DNA of 39,005 nt, taken from assembly GCA_009695015.1 (NCBI GenBank), contig SIBT01000001.1, positions 1-39,005 of the forward strand, given 5' to 3'. Position numbers and translations under genes: made by a program. Source of the DNA: Candidatus Nomurabacteria bacterium (GTDB taxonomy: Bacteria; Patescibacteriota; Minisyncoccia; Phycocordibacterales; UBA9973). This document shows positions 36,826-39,005 of this stretch, piece after piece. The notes beneath the pieces are model-generated. The model did not search any database and was not told where the DNA came from. It was given only the letters and a program-made list of their open reading frames with translations. Every line of letters starts with the position of its first letter. The first letter of the stretch is position 1.

Positions 36826-38043
36826 TCACCCAATACTTCCTAAAATTGAATAAAGTGGAGAAATCATCGAAATAGCAAAAAATCCGACCCCGGCCCCAAT
36901 AACAATCATCAAAAGGGGTTCAATAATCGTAGAGAGATTTTTGGTTTTATTTTCAATTTCTGTTTCGTAAAATAAAGAAATTTCAAGCAACATGTCTGAC
37001 AATTTTCCAGTTTCTTCTCCAACTTGAATCATTTCTGACATCATTACCGGATAAAGATTATTATTTGCCTCAAAAACTTGAGAAAATGGAGCCCCTTTTT
37101 CTATTGCGACTTTGGCTTCGTCTAAGACTTTTTTGTAGTAAATATTTTGCACCACATCTCCAGTGATCTCTACTGCGCGAGTTATAGGAACTCCTGCCAA
37201 CAAGAGTGAGGATATAGTGCGAGTAGTACGAGCAGTATTTAATTCTTTGGCCATAGTGCCGATAACTGGCATTTTAATAATAAAAAAATCAATATATTTG
37301 GCCATAAATTTAGCCCGAAAAAGAAAGTAACCGCCGACAGCTATACCGACAATAAGTACGAAAGTTAGTATCAAATTGTTTGAAAAGAAATTACCAAAAA
37401 AAATAAGAACGCGGGTCGGGAGAGGTAAGGTAACCCCAAGCTCTTTAAAAGTGTTAGCCAAGGTGGGCACAACAAAAGCAAACATCAAAACACCTATCAC
37501 CACCATCGCGGACAGAATTACTCCCGGATAAATAAGCGCCCCCCGCACTTTCTTGGTTAAAGAATGCGCTTTCTCTAAATTTAAACCTATTTCTGCAAGC
37601 GTCCCGGCAAGGTTCCCTGACTCTTCGCCAGCTTTCGTCATTGATATAAAAAGTTTTGAAAAAACATCGGGAAATTTAGAAAGTTCCGACGATAATGTCC
37701 CTCCAGAACTTATGCCCTCAGAAAGAGACACTAAAATATTATCAAGTTTAGGATTCTTTGTTTGTTTTTTTAAAATCGACAACGCTCGATAAAGCGAGAG
37801 CCCAGCTTTGAGCATTCCACTTAAATTTTTTGTGAAAATAATTTGTTCAGAAATTGAAACCCGAGAAAATATATTCTTCGTGAAAGACAAATCGCTCATA
37901 AAATCTTTGCGTTTTGTGGTTATTGATATTGGGATAAATCCGCGACTCCGGAGATCATGAGCGCCGGAGATACGATCCTTGGCATCGAGTACGCCTTCCG
38001 TTATTGTGCCCTCTTTTGATTTTGCTTTGTATAAAAAAAACAT
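36826..38043 (-). CDS. pilC: Type IV pilus platform protein PilC/GspF
   Basis: F.YKA, AGE.SG.L, ALIYP, GEETGKL, IEP. Confidence 0.95.
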   Translation of the reverse strand: MFFLYKAKSKEGTITEGVLDAKDRISGAHDLRSRGFIPISITTKRKDFMSDLSFTKNIFSRVSISEQIIFTKNLSGMLKAGLSLYRALSILKKQTKNPKLDNILVSLSEGISSGGTLSSELSKFPDVFSKLFISMTKAGEESGNLAGTLAEIGLNLEKAHSLTKKVRGALIYPGVILSAMVVIGVLMFAFVVPTLANTFKELGVTLPLPTRVLIFFGNFFSNNLILTFVLIVGIAVGGYFLFRAKFMAKYIDFFIIKMPVIGTMAKELNTARTTRTISSLLLAGVPITRAVEITGDVVQNIYYKKVLDEAKVAIEKGAPFSQVFEANNNLYPVMMSEMIQVGEETGKLSDMLLEISLFYETEIENKTKNLSTIIEPLLMIVIGAGVGFFAISMISPLYSILGSIG

Positions 38044-38078
38044 TGATATAAAGCTTCTTTCTATTTTTTAATAAACTT

Positions 38079-39005
38079 CTACTCCGAAACAACACGAAAT
38101 ACTTCTTCTAAAGTGGTCACACCTAAAACTGCTTGAAACACTCCATCTTCAAGCATCGTCATCATCCCCTCTTTTTTTGCTTGTATTTCTATATCATCCT
38201 GCGAACTCCCCTTGACGATCATCTCCTTTATGGTACTAGTTACTTTGAGCACTTCATGCATTCCAATACGATTTGAATAGCCGTCTTCAAACTCACTGCT
38301 CTTGACTGCTTTATAAAAAGGAATTTTATCAAAAGTATCTTCTACACCTATAATTTTTTCAGTTTTTAAGAACTCTAACACTCTATCTAGATCAACAATT
38401 TTTGCTAAATTTGTTATTTCAGCAGGTGATAAAAAGTATTGTTCTTTGTTTGCAGTAAGTCTGCGCACCAATCTTTGCGCGATGATTGTCTTGACTGTGG
38501 CAGTTATTAAAAAAGGTTCGACGCCCATATCTATGAGTCTAGGTATTGCGCCAGAGGCAGAATTTGTGTGGATGGTCGAGAGAACTAAATGTCCTGTGAG
38601 CGAAGCATTTATGGCAAGACTTGCCGTCTCTCTATCGCGAATCTCTCCCACCATCACTATGTCTGGATCTTGACGCAAGAGCGACCGGAGACCATTAGCA
38701 AAAGTAAGTCCGATCTCTGGCTTTACTTGTGTCTGGTTAACTCTCGGCATCTGATACTCGATCGGATCTTCGACTGTAGAAATATTAACTTCCGGTTTAT
38801 TTAAAATATCGAGCATCGTATAAAGTGTAGTGGTCTTTCCACTCCCGGTCGGACCCGTCGCGAGTACCATTCCTGTCTTTTGCAAGAGTGACGCATGGAT
38901 ACGCTCCAAACCTTCTCCGTGAAAACCAAGCGTCTCGAGAGAAAATCCATGCGTATTTTCTTTTAAAATTCTCATTACAGTTTTTTCTCCAAAAAAAGTT
39001 GGCAA
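38079..39005 (-). CDS. pilB: Type IV pilus assembly ATPase PilB/GspE (5' part outside window)
   Basis: GPTGSGKTTT, TVEDPIEY, LRQDPD.MVGEIRD, TGHLVLST.HTN. Confidence 0.95.
   Translation of the reverse strand: MPTFFGEKTVMRILKENTHGFSLETLGFHGEGLERIHASLLQKTGMVLATGPTGSGKTTTLYTMLDILNKPEVNISTVEDPIEYQMPRVNQTQVKPEIGLTFANGLRSLLRQDPDIVMVGEIRDRETASLAINASLTGHLVLSTIHTNSASGAIPRLIDMGVEPFLITATVKTIIAQRLVRRLTANKEQYFLSPAEITNLAKIVDLDRVLEFLKTEKIIGVEDTFDKIPFYKAVKSSEFEDGYSNRIGMHEVLKVTSTIKEMIVKGSSQDDIEIQAKKEGMMTMLEDGVFQAVLGVTTLEEVFRVVSE

Noticed and set aside
844..38804. Numerous 60-145 aa ORFs antisense to or overlapping recognised genes
   Set aside because: Shadow frames of well-supported genes, with no motifs or independent promoters.
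1..39005. Alternative genetic code (TGA recoding as in Gracilibacteria/Absconditabacteria)
   Set aside because: All core genes translate full-length in the standard code, and TGA serves as a stop for several (e.g. ileS, tmk, pilC).

Overview
AT-rich bacterial chromosomal segment in standard genetic code. Gene content and short intergenic spaces strongly suggest a Patescibacteria/CPR (Parcubacteria-like) genome; this is an inference from gene order and protein style. It carries ftsK, recA, efp, rpsF-ssb-rpsR, tatD, metG, an AI-2E transporter, an M16 peptidase, glyQS, recO, ileS, a Pif1-like helicase, argS, dut, tmk, glyA, a split comEC with sod in between, rnhA, recJ, a HIT protein, pgk, tpiA and the distal part of a type IV pilus operon. 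Most notable: (1) a four-helix-bundle plus winged-helix gene at the left end whose promoter and coding sequence carry 13 copies of TGTCC/GGACA, next to a DnaA-box-containing AT-rich region and divergent from ftsK (candidate origin-linked, centromere-like system); (2) a complete ileS T-box with an ultrashort Stem I coupled to an intrinsic terminator; (3) IleRS with an inserted histidine-phosphatase domain and an atypical HIGH motif; (4) many small palindromes inserted in frame in core proteins, plus three MITE-like intergenic elements; (5) a recurring -10 box 6-7 nt before start codons, suggesting widespread leaderless mRNAs. No tRNA, rRNA, CRISPR array or transposase was seen.
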